A DNA stretch of 63,998 bases, the filler included, from Malassezia furfur (lineage: Eukaryota): assembly GCA_052055015.1 (NCBI GenBank). It is 4 parts of 4 records of this genome, joined end to end, with 100 filler letters (N's around TTAATTAATTAA, not from the genome) between each part and the next. Parts side by side here need not be neighbours in the genome. Positions count along the whole stretch, not along the records: positions 52,088 to 63,998 come from JBQJIT010000349.1; 3 more parts are not named here. The stretch is one strand, 5' to 3'. The notes beneath the pieces were generated by a model. That model searched no databases, was not told the origin of the DNA, and saw nothing but the letters and a program-made list of their open reading frames with translations. The position numbers were made by a program, and so were the translations under genes. Below, one piece after another: positions 62,618 through 63,998 of the stretch. How positions within the stretch are numbered: the first letter of the stretch is position 1; each line of letters starts with the position of its first letter.

Positions 62618-63998
62618 ATGGCGAAGAACAAGACGCCAAAACCGCCCAAGTCACGGCCTGCGGCGACGAGCGCGCTCGCACAGCCGCTCAAGGAGACAGC
62701 GGCGGACGCCAACATTACCGCGTTTGCCCCGGACGCGAGCGCCTTTGCGCAGCTCTCGCGCGCCGTCGACCGCTGCCGCCTGCGCGTGTATGCGGCGAGC
62801 CCGCCGGGGCTCGTCGCCGACTTTTTGCTGCCAGAGGGTGCGCAGTGCGCAGCCATCGCCTGGACTACGCTGCCCGCTGCGGCACCGGCGGACGCAGCCG
62901 CGCCCAAGAAGCGCAAGGCACAGAGTAAGGCGAGCGCCGCACAGGAGCCCACGGCCGCCGCGCCGCTGCACATTGCCCTCGGCCTGTCGGACGGCACGGT
63001 GCTGCTGTATGCCCCGAGCCAGGCCAAGGTCGTGCGTGTGCTGATCGCCGCCGCGCCAGACAGCGCGTCGTCGGCGATCCGCAGCCTTTCCTACGACGCG
63101 GCCAGCGCCCTGCTGTGGGCGGCCACCGCCAACGGCTGGGTGCACGGCTGGTCCACGGCGCAGCTCACGGGCGCCGCGAACGAGCGCGTGCCGCCCACGG
63201 TGCACTTCCTGCCCGACAAAAAGTCGCCCGTGCACCAAGTGTGCGCGCGGCCAATGCGCCTCCTCGCGGCGCACCATGCCCTTCTTTTGCTCGATACGCA
63301 GCGCGATACGCCCAAAGAACTGATGCGGTTTACCGGGCATGCGACGCCGGTCGCCGCGCTCGCGTGGGCGGACGAGCAGACGGTGGTGTCGGCCGCGCTC
63401 GACGACCGCCATGTCTACGTCTGGCGTGCGGGCGATGAAAAAGCCGCCGCGCAGGCACGCGCGGTGCTCATCCTAGACGCGCCGCCACGCCGCGTGCACG
63501 TCGCCAACGCATCTGCAGATGAGGCCCTGCTGGTAACGGTATCCGAGCTGGGCACCACGCACATCACGCAACTCCCCCTGCGGCTCCCGAGCGGGAAAAA
63601 GGGGCTCGTGACGCTCACGCCGACGGTCCAGGTGCGCCCCGCATTCCCGGCGGCCGAGCTCGTTGACGCCCACGTGTGTGCAGACGGGCAACGCGTGCGC
63701 TTTGCGCGCGCCGTCAAAGGCGTCAAGATGGTGCTTGAGGAAGCGCCGCTGTACACCGCCGAGGGCACGCTGCCTGATACGCTCTCGCTGGCGCCGAGTG
63801 CGCCCAAGACCGCCGCGGCCGCCGAGCACGGCACCCAGCGGTACAAGGAGACGAACGGCGCCACGGGCGTCCGTGCCGAGGTGCCGCAGCACGCCGCGAG
63901 CGCTGCGGCCCTCGTCGGTACCGACGGGATGCTGCCCGATGCCTCGGCGCGCGACGCCGACGACCACGACCGTCTGATGGCCGACGGCGACCTCGTGG
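62618..63998 (+). CDS. UTP5: SSU processome WD40 protein Utp5/WDR43-like (runs off the window)
   Basis: Open frame MAKNKTPKPPKSRP..., ALGLSDGTVLLY, FTGHATPV; RRPE-like motif upstream. Confidence 0.7.
   Translation, partial: MAKNKTPKPPKSRPAATSALAQPLKETAADANITAFAPDASAFAQLSRAVDRCRLRVYAASPPGLVADFLLPEGAQCAAIAWTTLPAAAPADAAAPKKRKAQSKASAAQEPTAAAPLHIALGLSDGTVLLYAPSQAKVVRVLIAAAPDSASSAIRSLSYDAASALLWAATANGWVHGWSTAQLTGAANERVPPTVHFLPDKKSPVHQVCARPMRLLAAHHALLLLDTQRDTPKELMRFTGHATPVAALAWADEQTVVSAALDDRHVYVWRAGDEKAAAQARAVLILDAPPRRVHVANASADEALLVTVSELGTTHITQLPLRLPSGKKGLVTLTPTVQVRPAFPAAELVDAHVCADGQRVRFARAVKGVKMVLEEAPLYTAEGTLPDTLSLAPSAPKTAAAAEHGTQRYKETNGATGVRAEVPQHAASAAALVGTDGMLPDASARDADDHDRLMADGDLV

Overview
Gene-dense, GC-rich eukaryotic DNA from a basidiomycete yeast, most consistent with Malassezia: very short intergenic gaps, 21-40 nt GT-AG introns and Ustilaginomycotina-like proteins. 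It is four separate contigs joined by artificial 100-nt N44-TTAATTAATTAA-N44 spacers, so adjacency across the spacers is not biological. I can support about 40 protein-coding genes (mostly housekeeping), one intron-containing tRNA-Glu(CTC) and one unannotated intronic H/ACA snoRNA. Highlights: (1) a divergent UDP-glycosyltransferase plus cytochrome P450 pair sharing a long, GC-poorer promoter, resembling the Ugt1/Cyp core of smut glycolipid clusters; (2) an H/ACA snoRNA in an RPS21 intron whose two pockets match two neighbouring LSU rRNA pseudouridines; (3) a 7-exon PMP3 gene with a 2-nt exon and hairpins between branch point and 3' splice site; (4) a PTC5 whose C-terminal PTS1 (AKL) depends on an 11-nt micro-exon; (5) extreme compaction, with 21-nt introns, 28-bp divergent promoters and overlapping stop codons. 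Gene names come from recalled family motifs, not database searches.
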